Shown here: in pieces, positions 26,455-38,584 of the stretch
Numbering within the stretch: position 1 is the first letter of the stretch
Layout of the letters: every line of letters starts with the position of its first letter
NCBI GenBank assembly: GCA_964019335.1
Contig: OZ025718.1
Location: 372,001-436,000 of the forward strand
Length of the DNA: 64,000 bases
Source: Diplonema japonicum
Taxonomy: Eukaryota; Protista; Euglenozoa: Diplonemea
Direction: 5' to 3'
The notes under the pieces: model-generated
Databases searched by the model: none
The model's input: only the letters and a program-made list of their open reading frames with translations
Told to the model about the DNA's origin: nothing
Translations under genes and position numbers: made by a program

Positions 26455-27534
26455 TTACAACCGACGCCCCTCGTTAAGCCCCAGGGTGTGGTGGATGGCG
26501 GCGTGGGCGGCTTCGAGTTTCTTACGGAGCTCGTGGACCTCTGAGTTTGTGGAAAGCTTCATGATGAGGTGGTCGCGCTCTGCCAGGCTTTCTGAAAGGC
26601 TGTTGACCCGCTGCCCCAGCTCGTAGATGGTCGCCTTGTCGTGCATGTGCTGCTTCTCTAGTCTGGTGACGAGAGTTTGCTGTGTCACGTACTTCAAGTG
26701 AAGGTCTTTGAATTCTATTTTCTGTCGCTTCATCTCGACGGTGCACGCAGCCAACACACTGCGAAGCCGGTGAACTTCTTCACTGTCACCCGATCCTGCT
26801 GCATATTTGATCGACCAGTCCGGAGCTGCTCCAGATGGTGGGGGCGGTACCTTCCCCCGCGGCTGTCGGTCCCGCACACCCTTCACCTTTGTCGTGTTCA
26901 TTTCCTGCTTTGTAACTAAATCACCCCACTCCGAGAGGAACCGCAGCTCTGATGAGGGTACGCCGTGTTCATTGACCAGAAGATCCGACAGCAGCCAAGG
27001 GGCGTCGGCATGGCTGCATATCAACATGGTGGGGTCTGTGGTGATGCCCAGCGATGTGGTGATCTTGGCGATCATTCTAACTAGTTTCGTGGTCTTGTTG
27101 ATCTGCTGTTGCTTCGTGTCGGCCCAGTCTTGCAGGAAGCCCAGCTGCCCGTCGCAGCCCGGGTACTTGCTGCGGAACATTTGCATCAGAAGCTTCGGGT
27201 CGTCGGAGTAACTTGCGAGGATCTTCTTTGCGTACGGCACCTTCTCGAGTGCCTTCACCCTTCGGTAGAACCCCACCAGTGCCTGCGCTGTCAGCTCGTC
27301 GCTCTCGTCGTATCTATCGGCCCATGAGGGGTCTCGCTGGAGCCTTTCCTTCACTCGTATCAGCTGCTTTGCTGCATGCTCGTCGATGGTCAACCCACGC
27401 ACCGCCTCGTCCTCTGTCATGGTCCCCAGCACCGCGCCATCGATCCCCTTCCTCCACACCTCGTCTACGAGCTGCACGGACGCGCCCACCCTACGCAGGA
27501 GGTCGCGGAGATCTTCCTTTTGGATGTGTTCCAT
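26455..27534 (-). CDS. Hypothetical protein with an N-terminal SAM-like domain and C-terminal coiled coil
   Basis: 359-aa ORF; GIDGAVLGTMTEDE resembles the SAM IDG.L..L..DL core; pyrimidine tract + AG upstream. Confidence 0.7.
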   Translation of the reverse strand: MEHIQKEDLRDLLRRVGASVQLVDEVWRKGIDGAVLGTMTEDEAVRGLTIDEHAAKQLIRVKERLQRDPSWADRYDESDELTAQALVGFYRRVKALEKVPYAKKILASYSDDPKLLMQMFRSKYPGCDGQLGFLQDWADTKQQQINKTTKLVRMIAKITTSLGITTDPTMLICSHADAPWLLSDLLVNEHGVPSSELRFLSEWGDLVTKQEMNTTKVKGVRDRQPRGKVPPPPSGAAPDWSIKYAAGSGDSEEVHRLRSVLAACTVEMKRQKIEFKDLHLKYVTQQTLVTRLEKQHMHDKATIYELGQRVNSLSESLAERDHLIMKLSTNSEVHELRKKLEAAHAAIHHTLGLNEGRRL

Positions 27535-27626
27535 GCATTAATGGCACTGTCACCTGTCTGAAGCGGCTGATTTTGATAAAAAGTACAGAAACAAAGAAGA
27601 GGAGAAGGGAGGGGGGGTTTTTTTTT

Positions 27627-28808
27627 TTAAAGCTCCTCACTGTCGCCTTCCATAGCATCCATCAGGATCTGCTCCGACACGGCCCTTGCATTTTCCCTGG
27701 CGTGCGCGGCCGCGTCCCTCCCTTGCGCGTCCTGCAAGGTAGGGTCCGCTCCCCTTTCAAGGAGGTATTTTAGAAGCCGCGTTTTTCCTTTACGAGCGGC
27801 GTACATCAAACACGTGAGCCCAGTGCTGGAGGGCGTGTTCAGCTGTGCGGGAGTGGGTTCTAGCGCCTTGACAGTCTGAAGGTTCCCAGACTCGGCAGCA
27901 AGGAGCACAGGAGTGTGGCCGTAGCGGTCTGGGGCTGTGTGGTGTTCCACAGGGATGTTTTCCAAGAGATAGGGGAGGCACGCCGTGCATCCTCTGCTGC
28001 AAGCATGGTGCAGCACCGACCGGCCATCAGTGTCCGTCTGCTGCAAGCTAACCGGTGAAAGAAGCGCAAGAATATCACAGTGGCAGTTCAGAACGGCGCG
28101 CATGGCGGGGGTCTGCCCGTCGGCATCGACACTGTCCTCGGGAAGGCCGCCCTGCTGGAGGATGTACCTCACGAGGTGAGTGTGCCCAAGGTGCCCTGCT
28201 TCTGAGAGGATACTACGGTTGTGGGCAGTAAGGCGGGTGGCATCAGTAGAGTAGAAAAGGGTGAGGAGGTCGAGATTGCCATTTCGAGCAGCGTAGTGAA
28301 TAGGATGCCAACCGTAGGTGTCGAAGGTCGCAGGGGCCTCGAGAGAATAAAGCAGCTCAGCAACATCGGTGTGGTTCTGCTTTGTGGACAGAAGCAAAGG
28401 CGTCGAACCATCTAGATCTGCTTTGGCAAGGTCTGCGCCTAGCTCGGCTAGTACATCCACTGTGGTGGTCTGCCCGTTCATTGCAGAGTGCATGATGGGT
28501 GTCCTTCCTAACCTGTCAGCCTTCTCTAACTCACACCCCACCCTCACCAGGAACCTTGCAATCATGAACTCACCATGTGCCGCGGCTGTCATTAGCGCTG
28601 TGAGCCCTTCTTCGTTCCGCTCATCCATCTCCGCTCCTGTCTTTTGCATGCGGTGCACCATTCTAACATCTCCCTTTCTCGCCGCTAGGATCAAGGCCTC
28701 TGTCTGCACCGACGGCACCTTGTAGTCGGGCTCCGGCAGCTTACACTCTTCTTTTCTCTTCCCCCCCACGCTAGCGATCAACAGTACAAAGCAGAACCAT
28801 ACTTTCAT
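27627..28808 (-). CDS. Ankyrin repeat protein with a probable signal peptide
   Basis: Start MKVWFCFVLLIASVGG at 28808; about 10 G.TPL/TAL..AA..G repeats. Confidence 0.9.
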   Translation of the reverse strand: MKVWFCFVLLIASVGGKRKEECKLPEPDYKVPSVQTEALILAARKGDVRMVHRMQKTGAEMDERNEEGLTALMTAAAHGEFMIARFLVRVGCELEKADRLGRTPIMHSAMNGQTTTVDVLAELGADLAKADLDGSTPLLLSTKQNHTDVAELLYSLEAPATFDTYGWHPIHYAARNGNLDLLTLFYSTDATRLTAHNRSILSEAGHLGHTHLVRYILQQGGLPEDSVDADGQTPAMRAVLNCHCDILALLSPVSLQQTDTDGRSVLHHACSRGCTACLPYLLENIPVEHHTAPDRYGHTPVLLAAESGNLQTVKALEPTPAQLNTPSSTGLTCLMYAARKGKTRLLKYLLERGADPTLQDAQGRDAAAHARENARAVSEQILMDAMEGDSEEL

Positions 28809-29294
28809 ATTTCTTTTTTTGTTTCTTTCGCTCTGCTCCCTCCTTTTTTTTGTTTTGAAGAGAAAAGGAGGGAAGGGATAAAGAGAGTAGGAAAAAAAAA
28901 ACATACGGGGGGGCTTTTAACATGACGGAGAAGAAAAGGGGGGGGGGGGGCAGGAGAGAAAACAAAAAACTAACAGAATTGGGTGGGGGAAGAGAAGCGA
29001 AGAATGAGATAAGAAAAATGAGACAGGAAAAAAAATCAGATAACTGGCATTCCCTCTCACTCAATCTCGATACATGTCAACCCCTTTGCCAAGGGAACAT
29101 GTTTCCAGCTACACACTGCTGGTTTTTTTTTCCTTTGTTTTTTTTTTTTTTTTTTTTTTTTTTTGTTCCTTTCCCCCGCTTTCTTCTTTCTCTCCCACGT
29201 ATACGACAAAAAGAAAAACCGAATACCAGATGGGGGAAAAGATCCTTTTCTTGTTTGTTTGTTGTGTTTTTTTTTCTTCTTTTCTTTTTCATTT

Positions 29295-29421
29295 TCACTC
29301 ACTGTCAGAGAAATCAAACCCGATATCGAACCTATCAGAAGGTGTGGCACCGTGTTTCCGGGGTTGTTGTTCGAGAAGCTGTTTTTTTTTTTTTTTTTTT
29401 TTTTTTTTCTCCCCAGAATAG

Positions 29422-29460
<39 letters not shown>

Positions 29461-30533
29461 ACCTGTATTGCAGTTTGTTTCCCCTCATCGCTGCCCGTGC
29501 AAAGCGACTGGGTGACGGCAAGCCAGTCCCGCGCGTCCTCGACAGGGTCAAAGGGTTGCCTCGCAGCGTTGTTGCTGCCTCGCGAGCTGCGAGGCGAAGC
29601 GGAAGAAGAGAAATGAGGAAGAGAAGGCGGAGGGGACGGCGTCATCACCGGCGATTCCACCTCGCCCGCACACCGGTTTGCAACGGCCGCGAAAACACCC
29701 CTGCAGCCACCACGTGCTCGGAGAGACGCTAGCGTGAACTCATCACCGTCGTCCAAAAGCTTTTTCCGGCTACTAGGCAGACGGCGAAGACGTTCAGACC
29801 ATTCTCGTCGCTCGTCAGTTCCCTCCAGTTCTTGTTTCAATCCTAACAGCATTGGCAAGTCGGGTTCTTCATAACCTAACACTCGGCTTCGAGACGTAAT
29901 TTCTTCCTCCAGGAGGGAACGTACCCAGTCTATGTCGTCTGTAAGCATCGCCTTCTCAGCTTGGAGAAGGTCTCGTAGCTCGTCCCTCAACATCTCTAAT
30001 CTATCGAAGTCGTCAATTGTCCTGAGGCTAAGCTGGTTTTTATACTCTGAGATATCTTTCTCATGGCTTCCGTAACTCACGATAGTTGATATTGTGGTGT
30101 CTGGGGTTGAAAAGGGAAAGCTTGCTGGTGTTGAAGATGCGATTGAGTCTCTTCTTGTAACCCTTTCTGCTTCCATGAGATGCGAGGCCAGTTTGCTGCT
30201 TTCCGGAGTTAGGCATTGCAGGTCCTTTGCTTTGTCAAGCATTGTCCTGAGTGTTGCCTCCAGTTGTAGTTTTTGCTGCCCGACGAACTGTTTTCTGACT
30301 GTGTTTTTTTTCGCCACCATCTCCAGGGTCTCGCCTTGATAATCCTCCAGTATCCCCACGAGGCCCGTCAGTTCGTCGAACAATCTCTCGTTTTCTTCTA
30401 TCGTTTGCTTTCCCAGTATGTTACAAACTTCTTCCGTTTCTTGCTTCGCCACCACCTTCTTCGCCTTCGCCCACAGCGTTTCCCGGATCTGAATAGGTGT
30501 CCCCGTCTCGGGGCATGTGGGCGTGTTCCCCAT
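29295..30533 (-). CDS. Coiled-coil protein, CCDC24-like
   Basis: LW.KAK...ETEEV.NILG and LLQAEKAML..DI..V.SLLEEE segments resemble CCDC24 (from memory). Intron 29379-29462 gives terminal exon LLEQQPRKHGATPSDRFDIGFDFSDSE*. Confidence 0.65.
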
Positions 30534-30611
30534 GTTCCCCCCTCCTCCTGTTGTTCCGGTTATTTTTAGAAAAGAGAAAAGAAAAAGACAAAGCTAAAAC
30601 TTTATTTTTCT

Positions 30612-33600
30612 CTAACTGTGTAAATGTGATAGGATTGGGTACTGTTTTGCGCACACCCTGACGCCTGTCACCTCGGCACACCGCATGGCGTGCTCGAAGC
30701 TGGTTAAATTCAGGTTTTTCCGCAGAGACGGGTGTTTCTTCTCAACGTTGACGGCGGTCTTCTTCCTCCCCGTGACCGTGCACCCCCACTTCCCGATCAC
30801 CTGGTCTGGTTCCTCTTCCAGGAACGACGGGCGGAGCACGCCTGTGAGCGTACGCTGTGCGTTGCCTGTCTTAGGCCGCTCTCTTATCCTCCCTGCGTGT
30901 GTTTGGTGGGTAGAGGTGTTCATCTTCCTGGCAGGCTCGGGCACCCTTCCGAACACAGCATAGGTTTTATCCTTTGCGGCGGACATCACGACATTGCCAC
31001 CGTTGGCTACCCACGCACCGCCGAGGTAGCTGCTCTGCCACACAAGGTACGCGACGGCCCCTGCAAGGTACAACCATGCTGTGCTGTTGTCAACATTGGA
31101 AGAGGGGATGTTGGCGGAACTGGGTGTGCGGTATGAGTGCGTCTCCCTAAGGCGGGCAAGGCTGGCTTTGATGGAAGACGCAGTGCAAAGTGAGAGTCCG
31201 CCAGTCGGCTCCGCACACGGAAGTGGGGAGCTGGACATGGCCGACACCACAGACGACGCTCTGGCAAAGCTGCTCACCCGCGAGAGGCACCGTGTGAGCC
31301 TCCGCACAGACCTCCTAGGGGACATGAGCTTCCTGAAGGTGTCCGACCCTACGCTGCCTACTATCCGCCGCCGTCGCCTCTTTCCTAAAAAGGCGTCACC
31401 TACATCTCCGTTCAACCAGCTGGAGATCACGATAATATCTTCCCTCGTGATGTCGAGGACTCCTCTGGTCCCTGCCAGGTGCAGGCACCGTATAATGTTC
31501 TCGTAAGCCGAGTACTTCACCTCTGGCATCGCCCGCAGGGTGTTTTGTTCCTCCTCACCCAGCACCACGCTGTGCATGTCGAACCGTACCTCGATGTTGC
31601 TCTGGTCCAGCTTCCCGAGCGGCGTCCCCACCAGGTCCCATAGGAAGATGTTGTAATCCGTTCCGCCGGTAGTCAGGGCCCATCCCACGAGCTCGATCGT
31701 CTTCACCTGTCCCTTGTGCGCCACAAAGCGCGTAACTAGATAAGGCTTTCGAAGGGTCTTTCCACCAGCGTACCCCGCGCCCAAGGTACTGAGGTTATAG
31801 GCAGACACGTGACCCGAGTCATCGCCGATGTAGAGGGTATTCGTGTGCTGGAGGTAAGAAATGCACATGGGTGCCGGGGGGTGCGTGAAGTGGTGGGTGT
31901 ACTCGAGAGACCAACGGGATATCTGCAAAGGTGTTCTGGGGAGGGATTGCAAATCCCACACTGTGAGAACGCCTGTGATGTGCCCTGTGACGAGCATCCT
32001 GTGCAGAAAGGTTAGACAGACAACCTCACCTTCATTCTGCAAATTGTACTCTTGAATCAGCTTCCTACGACCTTGGTGGTTGGGGGCCCCATAGACCTCG
32101 ATGAGTCCTGTGGCGAGACCAATCCCAAGCGACCCTGCTTCGCTCACTGCGATGCAGCGAACAGGCTTGCTTTGCGCTGCGTAACCAAGGTTCCAAGTTG
32201 TGGGGGAACGGCTGAGCTGGAAGACGTCGCTATCAGTCGCAGCGAGGAAATGGTCGTGACGCGCATGCTGGAGGGACACCACTGTGCTAGGGAGATTAAG
32301 CCGCGTCAGTAGATTCCCGTTGCTCGCATTATGCACCGTGAGGAGCCCGTTGTGGAACCCCACGAAGTAAAGCCTCCCAGTGTTGTTCAGACTGAAGGTC
32401 GTGACGCCATAAGGGCTGTACTCATCTTCAGAGAAATGCTTCATATTCAACATTTGTGACACCTCCGGGTCCCATATCCCTACATCGAAGTGGGACGCGA
32501 TGTACAGCATCTTCGTGAATGAAGACATCTGCGCCGCGACTATAGGGTGGCTCGCCGCACACCGCAGGTCCTCCATTTTGTCCCTTATGTAACAGCTCAG
32601 CCCACCGCCCTGCCCGGCCATGACCAACGTTTTCCCAACGATCGCCAGCGCAATGGTTCGCCTTGGAGCAGCGATGGTCTGGTTGCATTTCAACGTCAAG
32701 ATGTCCCAGATTTTAACAAGATCCTTCTGGTCTAATGAAGCGACAAAGGACGTGTCCGGGATATGACACAGCTGCATGACAGGGGACGCATGGGGTTGGC
32801 TTGTATCGATGAATTTAAAAGGAGTTTTGGTGGCAGCTTTGGGCATCCACAAATTCACTTCCCATGCGAAGCCAGACGACACCAGAACATCGTGGTGGGG
32901 AAGGTACAGAACGTCTGTTATCCCTTGGCAGTGGCCTTTGAAGACTGTCAGGGCGACAAGCGTCTCACGGTCGCGAAGTGCGATGTCTGGGTCGAAGCTA
33001 CACGTCACGATCCCGGTTTTACACGGGATGATCCTCGTCACTGTTGTGCTGTGAACAAACGGGAGCTTTCGTTTTTCCGAGGTGTACACTTCGCCAGATA
33101 CTTTCTTGACAGATAATATCGAAAACCCACCCCCACGCTGCCCTATATACAGGGTGTCGTGCCCACTGTTGTCACCGTCGGCAGGGCAGTAACACAACGC
33201 TGTAGGTGGCGTTCTCGGACGAACGGGCCCGTTGGGGGCTGGTAGAACTGTGCCTTCTATTATGTCGTAAAACAGAACCTTGCAATCGGCGAAACCAACG
33301 ATTAACGTTCTCGGGGATGCGATGGCCCAACAGGATGGGTGGGATTTGGGGAGTTGGAATTGAGTTTTTTTCGTGATTTTTCGTGGTGGGCATGTGTACA
33401 GCACGACCTTGTCCGACATTGTAATGAGGCTTCGCAATGCGGGGGAGTACAGCATTTTTGTTATCTTTGAGACGCAGAAGTTTTGTGTGATGTGGTGGCA
33501 GAAGGGTGCCATTTCTAACTCCCTTCCGCCTACCCAGCCTTCCATGCCCAAGGACACGAGGCACATTGTCAATTGATCGAATGTTGTTACGCCTTTGCAG

Positions 33601-33794
33601 TGGCAGTCGAGCCCTCTGTAGAATGCTTCGTAATCGTACTTTTGTATCGTGTTGCCCTTCAGCCCCATGCAGGTCTCGACGAATTTCTTTTCCGTAATGT
33701 TGTTGGTTCCTAATTTTTTCTCTAGCTCCTTGAAGCCGTCCCCGACAGACTCGCATACAACCGACATTAGATATACCCCAACATGATTTGCCAT
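30612..33794 (-). CDS. WD40-repeat protein with an N-terminal EF-hand-like region
   Basis: 1060-aa ORF; FKGH..ITDV, VKIWD, VWDL, AHKGQV, IFLWD repeats; LDCHCKGVTTFDQL EF-hand-like loop. Confidence 0.85.
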   Translation of the reverse strand: MANHVGVYLMSVVCESVGDGFKELEKKLGTNNITEKKFVETCMGLKGNTIQKYDYEAFYRGLDCHCKGVTTFDQLTMCLVSLGMEGWVGGRELEMAPFCHHITQNFCVSKITKMLYSPALRSLITMSDKVVLYTCPPRKITKKTQFQLPKSHPSCWAIASPRTLIVGFADCKVLFYDIIEGTVLPAPNGPVRPRTPPTALCYCPADGDNSGHDTLYIGQRGGGFSILSVKKVSGEVYTSEKRKLPFVHSTTVTRIIPCKTGIVTCSFDPDIALRDRETLVALTVFKGHCQGITDVLYLPHHDVLVSSGFAWEVNLWMPKAATKTPFKFIDTSQPHASPVMQLCHIPDTSFVASLDQKDLVKIWDILTLKCNQTIAAPRRTIALAIVGKTLVMAGQGGGLSCYIRDKMEDLRCAASHPIVAAQMSSFTKMLYIASHFDVGIWDPEVSQMLNMKHFSEDEYSPYGVTTFSLNNTGRLYFVGFHNGLLTVHNASNGNLLTRLNLPSTVVSLQHARHDHFLAATDSDVFQLSRSPTTWNLGYAAQSKPVRCIAVSEAGSLGIGLATGLIEVYGAPNHQGRRKLIQEYNLQNEGEVVCLTFLHRMLVTGHITGVLTVWDLQSLPRTPLQISRWSLEYTHHFTHPPAPMCISYLQHTNTLYIGDDSGHVSAYNLSTLGAGYAGGKTLRKPYLVTRFVAHKGQVKTIELVGWALTTGGTDYNIFLWDLVGTPLGKLDQSNIEVRFDMHSVVLGEEEQNTLRAMPEVKYSAYENIIRCLHLAGTRGVLDITREDIIVISSWLNGDVGDAFLGKRRRRRIVGSVGSDTFRKLMSPRRSVRRLTRCLSRVSSFARASSVVSAMSSSPLPCAEPTGGLSLCTASSIKASLARLRETHSYRTPSSANIPSSNVDNSTAWLYLAGAVAYLVWQSSYLGGAWVANGGNVVMSAAKDKTYAVFGRVPEPARKMNTSTHQTHAGRIRERPKTGNAQRTLTGVLRPSFLEEEPDQVIGKWGCTVTGRKKTAVNVEKKHPSLRKNLNLTSFEHAMRCAEVTGVRVCAKQYPILSHLHS

Positions 33795-34680
33795 GTTTTA
33801 ATGGGGGGGGGGGGGGCGGCGGTCTTTCCTCCGCCTTCTTGTGTGTAGAGATCGAAAGCGCAAGGGAATGAAATAAAAAAAAAAAGAAAGAAAATTAAAG
33901 GAAAAAAAAAAGAAAGAAAAAGAAGAAGAAAAAAGGGGGGGGGGGAGGGGATGGGCTTTGGGTGGTGGGGAAAAAAAAAAAAAAAAAAAAAATGGGGGGA
34001 AAGAGGGGGATGTTACTCGTGTATTTCATAATACCCAGGGTTATCCGATCATTTTCGTCTTGTTAGTGTTTCTGGATCTAGTTAAACGACAGTATCAACT
34101 GCTTGAGGGAACCATATTTCTGATTTTGCACGATTTCAGAGATAAAAGGAGAAGGACGAAGAGATGCCCTCCTCTCGATTTGTCGTAAATTTAAAAAACC
34201 CGATTGTAATTAAAACCTCCCGCTTGGTGATCAGCTAACCCTGGATGCCATGGTGTTTGGGGGGGAAAAAAAAAATGGAAGGAGAAGGAATATAAAAACA
34301 TAGGAAAATAATAGATGGCGGTACTTTCTTACTCCCCCCCCCCCCCCCCCCTCTCCCACTACCACGCCCCTTCCTCGTCCTTAGTGTTAAAAAAAACTGT
34401 TAAAAAATCAAACTTTTTTTCTTACCTTTTTTTTCTTTTTTTTTTTTTTTAGTTTTTTAAAATTCTCTAATATAAACTGCACAAAAAAATGGAGGAAAAA
34501 AAATGACTTACTAAAATTTGTAGGGGGTGCGGGGGAGGAGTAAATTTCTTTTTTTTCTTCTTTTTTTTTTTTCTTCTTTTACCAGCGCAGCTGGTGAAGG
34601 CGAGGAGAGCAGGGAATGAAAAAAAAGGTTAAAAAGAAAATTAAGCAAACCAAAAGGGGGTGAGGGGGGGGGGATGGTTC

Positions 34681-35689
34681 TTACTGAGGCGGGGTGGGGT
34701 TGGGAACTTGCTCACCACCCTGCTCACCACTAGGCTGTTCCTGAGGCGGCGTTGTGGGTCGTGACTCTAGACAATGAAACCCAGGAACACATTCCCAGTC
34801 ATTTCCGTTGAAATTAAGGTGCTTTTTCGACCTTGTTGTGTTGTGCTTAGAGCACAGCATCTGCTCGGTATCGTTGTTGTGAGGCCTGGGCTTCCTAGCT
34901 CCAAGAGGCGCGGAAGGGGGATTTGAATGTTTCTTCTCAAAAGGTCCAGCTGCAGGCCCCCACCCTTGGTGCCACATGTCTCCCTCTTTTCTTATATGCA
35001 TTTCAGGAGAAGGCAGCATTCCAGGGTTTCCAACTGGCATCTGCATCTGCTGCCCCAACCCACCCACAAGGTATTGCTGTTGCATGTGCAAATTAAATTC
35101 TGCTTTTTCCAGCCTTTGCAGGATGACGTCCCCCAGCTGTGGGTATTCTTCTGCAAGCTCACAGACAACGCGTACCAGCACTTTTTTTTTTTTTTTTTGT
35201 TATTGTTGTTGTGTTCATACATCCATGTGGTATTGCTTGTGCCACCTGGCCTATCCTGGCCATGTTCTTCGGTGCAATTTGCGACATGTGGTTTGCCAAC
35301 AGCTGGTTATCGGGTCCCATATCTATTTTGAAAAAAGATTTTTTTCCCCCCCTACAAAAAAAAAGAGAAAAAAAAAAGGCATACTTATAAACCCCAAATC
35401 TTGCATCTCAACCATCGAAATAGGATGCTGCTGTTGCTGCTGTTGTTGTGGGAGCTGTTGAGGCGGCATGTTGCCGTTCAGGGGTAGTTGTTGTGGCTGT
35501 TGCTGTTGCTGTTGCTGGGGTTGTGGCTGCTGATTTGTTCTTTGTTCCTCTCTGTGCGTGTGTGTTTTTTTTTTTTTTTTTTAAACCCTCTTTTTTAATT
35601 CTTCAGTTTACCTTTTCTGTCCCGCAATGGAGCACACCGTTAGGTGGCTTCTCCAATGCTTATGTTGACATTCTTTATTACAGTAAAAC

Positions 35690-35721
<32 letters not shown>

Positions 35722-35820
35722 CCCTCCGTCCCATACCTGCAAACAAGGGCAAGGTTTGAGGTCAGGATTTTGGACACCGCAATACGTGCAGATGTCAGTC
35801 ACAGCGTTTGGTGTAACCAT
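34681..35820 (-). CDS. MYND zinc-finger protein with a Q-rich region and a C-terminal Cys/His motif
   Basis: ATG at 35820; introns 35692-35736, 35552-35611, 35323-35384, 35181-35220 give one frame: CTYC..CPCLQAFYCNKECQHKHWRSHLTVC, polyQ, then CSKH...WEC..FHC. Confidence 0.82.
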
Positions 35821-35990
35821 TGTACCCACAACCCTCCTCCCCCCTTTGAGAGTGATGGTAAAATGACCAGGCAAATATTGTTACAACAATTTAAAGAAAA
35901 GGGGGGGGAAGATCTCACAAGTATTAAAGAAACAGAAAAGAGGAGGGGACGGGGGGGGGGGGGGGGGGGGGGGAAGACTTAAAGTAACTA

Positions 35991-38584
35991 TCACTCCATT
36001 ACGTCGGCAAACTCTCGCAAAATAACCTTTGCTGCTGTGTAAAGGGGAATCGCATCTTCCTGTTTTTGTTGTTCTCCCCCCCCCCCCCCCCCCCCCCCCC
36101 CTTATGTGACTTATAAAAAAATACCTGATTTTCAGGGGTAATTAGATTCTTAAGCCGCTTCATGAGCTCCATGTTCTTCTGCCTAAAGATTTTTTGAATG
36201 GACACCTTGTACTCTGCCAAGCTGCCCATCACATTAGACACGAGGACCTTGTCGGCAGGTAAGGAATACTGCAGGTCATCGCCTGGGATACTCGTGAATC
36301 CCAAACAACTCAATAACGGGGCCAAGGTCACCAAGAAAGGCAGGTCAGGGGGCAAGGTGAAGGTATGCAGCTTGCTAGGAACTGTGCGGCGTTCTAAGGC
36401 CTGTGAATAAATGCCGTACAGGATGTCTTCCATGTACTCGATTGCCGTTTCATTGAAGTACTTCGACTCCAGAGTCGAGTACTGGGTGCGCAGCTTGGCG
36501 CACTCCCTCTCTTGGTGCATCTTTTGCCGTTTTTGTCGGATGGCCTCCAGCTTCACTGCACGCTCCTCCAATGCTGCCTTTTCCGCACCCAACTGCTTCA
36601 CCTCCTCGGGTACAAACTCCTCCACAGCGGCCTCCTGCACCTCTTCTCCCTTTCCGAACAGAGCCTCCATCACGTTCCCCTTCCCACGGCCCTTTTTCCT
36701 CATCATCTCAGACACCGACTGGTGATAGTCATTGCTGTTCAGAAGGGGGTACCTTGGAATGGGTTTTGCATTCCGTGTGGTCCTCACAGGCGACAATGAC
36801 CCTGTCGGAGAGGTTACCTCTGACGAAGGCAGCGAGGACAGGAAGGATGGGGTGGTGCTGGCTGCCCTCCCTGCGGGGCGCCACCCACGATGGACAACAG
36901 GGTGCTTCTTCGGCAGGTGTGTCATGTCTGCCTGTGTCGACGGGTCCCAGTTCTGCTCGCGCACTGCCAGCACGCTGTCGATCTCGATGTCCCTCGCGAG
37001 CTTCTTCTTCAGACTCATGTTGTCCCTCTGCCCCCTCCCCGCGGACATTGCTCTCGCGGGTGTGCTCGGCACCTCTAGCGACGGTATCGCGTACCTCTCC
37101 TTCTCCTTCGCAGCTTGCTTCTTGCGCACTGCCACCCTTTTCGCTGCGCTGTTCATTTCCTCCAACGTAGGGCCTCCGTTCTCGATCTCCTCGATGCATG
37201 CAGGGACCCGTGCACCCGTATTCTCGCTCTTGTCAATCGCCTGCAACGTGGAGAGCAGCTTCGAGGCTGGTGCGGAAGCAGGCCTCGTGTGCAGAGTCGC
37301 AGGTGTGGCAGAGCCAACAACGCTCCTGTCCTTCACGATGTGGCGTCTGTTGAGCTTTGGTATCACATCTACTGTGGCCACGGGTACCTCTAGCGGCACG
37401 TTCTCCCCCTGCAGCAGGGCGGTCTGCGCGGCAGCGTTGTACTTCCTTCGCAAAGCATGGACACCGTTTCTCGGGACCTCTCTCCCCAAGACCTTTTCCG
37501 TAGCTGCGTAGCGTGAGATTTTCGAGGCTGTCGGCTCGTTTTTAGGTGGCCGTCTGGTGGCGGAGGCGATGCCTCTGTTGACAGTGTTGACCTGCGCCTT
37601 CTGCGACTCCGTGAACGAGGGCTTCGCGACGGCATCTCCTGAAGCACAGCACGCGGGGACGATGAGGTAGGAGTCCGGGCGTTTGGCATCTGCCCGTGTG
37701 GTGTAGACCATGAGCCCACCGCCCACGGCTTGGAACTCCGCAACCTGGATGTCGAACATGTCGTCCTCGTCGCTGCCCGCGAGGGAGGGCGCGGGGGTGG
37801 TGCAACAGCTGGCAAGGACGTCCCGCTGCTGCCTGTCATGATCGTCGGGGGCATCGATCTGCAGCATGGAAGACACCACGGGTGCCTTTGGTTTGGGGCT
37901 CTTCGCGGGCTTGGACACCTCATAAGCGGAGACAGAGGAGCAGAACATAAAAACAATAGGTTTGCAGGTGAGGAAGTACAGGTTCACCCGTGTGAGGACA
38001 AGGCTGGCCTTCTTCATGGCCGCGTTGCAGATGAGACGGCAGACGTTCTCAAGCTGTTTTTGCGTTGCGGTGTGGAGGGGAACCTCCTTGGTGGCGGGAT
38101 GCTGTTTGTCAGTCACGACACGGTCCTCGAGAGGGACGGACATCTGGAGGAGGGGGTTTGTGTTGATACGCCGCTCGCTGACCATCATGAAGGGTGTCCA
38201 GATAATCTGCGTCAGCTGGTGGTTGGTAGTGCGAGGGGTGAACTTCTGCAGCAGCCCGGGCGGTTTAACAGTCGCCAGGAATGCCTCCAACTCCATCGAA
38301 CTCAAGTAGTGCACTGACAACTTAGGTACTCCCGTGATGAAGACAGCAACTATGTCAAATACAGTGTTCGCATCCACCGTCATAGGCTGGTAGTACTTCA
38401 GTACAGCTGCTTCAGACCAGGTGCTCTCGTAGCACTGTACTCCACCCCCTTTATCATATTTGTACAACCTGCGGATGCTGTTGTCCTCCTCCACAACGAG
38501 AGTGTCGGGGATCACCACATCGAGGCCTACTAGCGTCTCGAACACGAAGTGAATGCTTTCCTTCGTTGTTCGGTCCAGCGACAT
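35991..38584 (-). CDS. Hypothetical protein (~840 aa)
   Basis: Long GC-rich ORF; poly-G-containing intron 36060-36124 gives final exon EDAIPLYTAAKVILREFADVME*. Confidence 0.8.

Noticed and set aside
30890-30945. Possible extra intron (CA-rich...CAG) near the end of the WD40 gene
   Set aside because: The ORF is open without it and there is no convincing donor.
34034-34246. Imperfect 19-nt inverted repeat containing telomere-like AGGGTTA
   Set aside because: Short and mismatched; compatible with chance.
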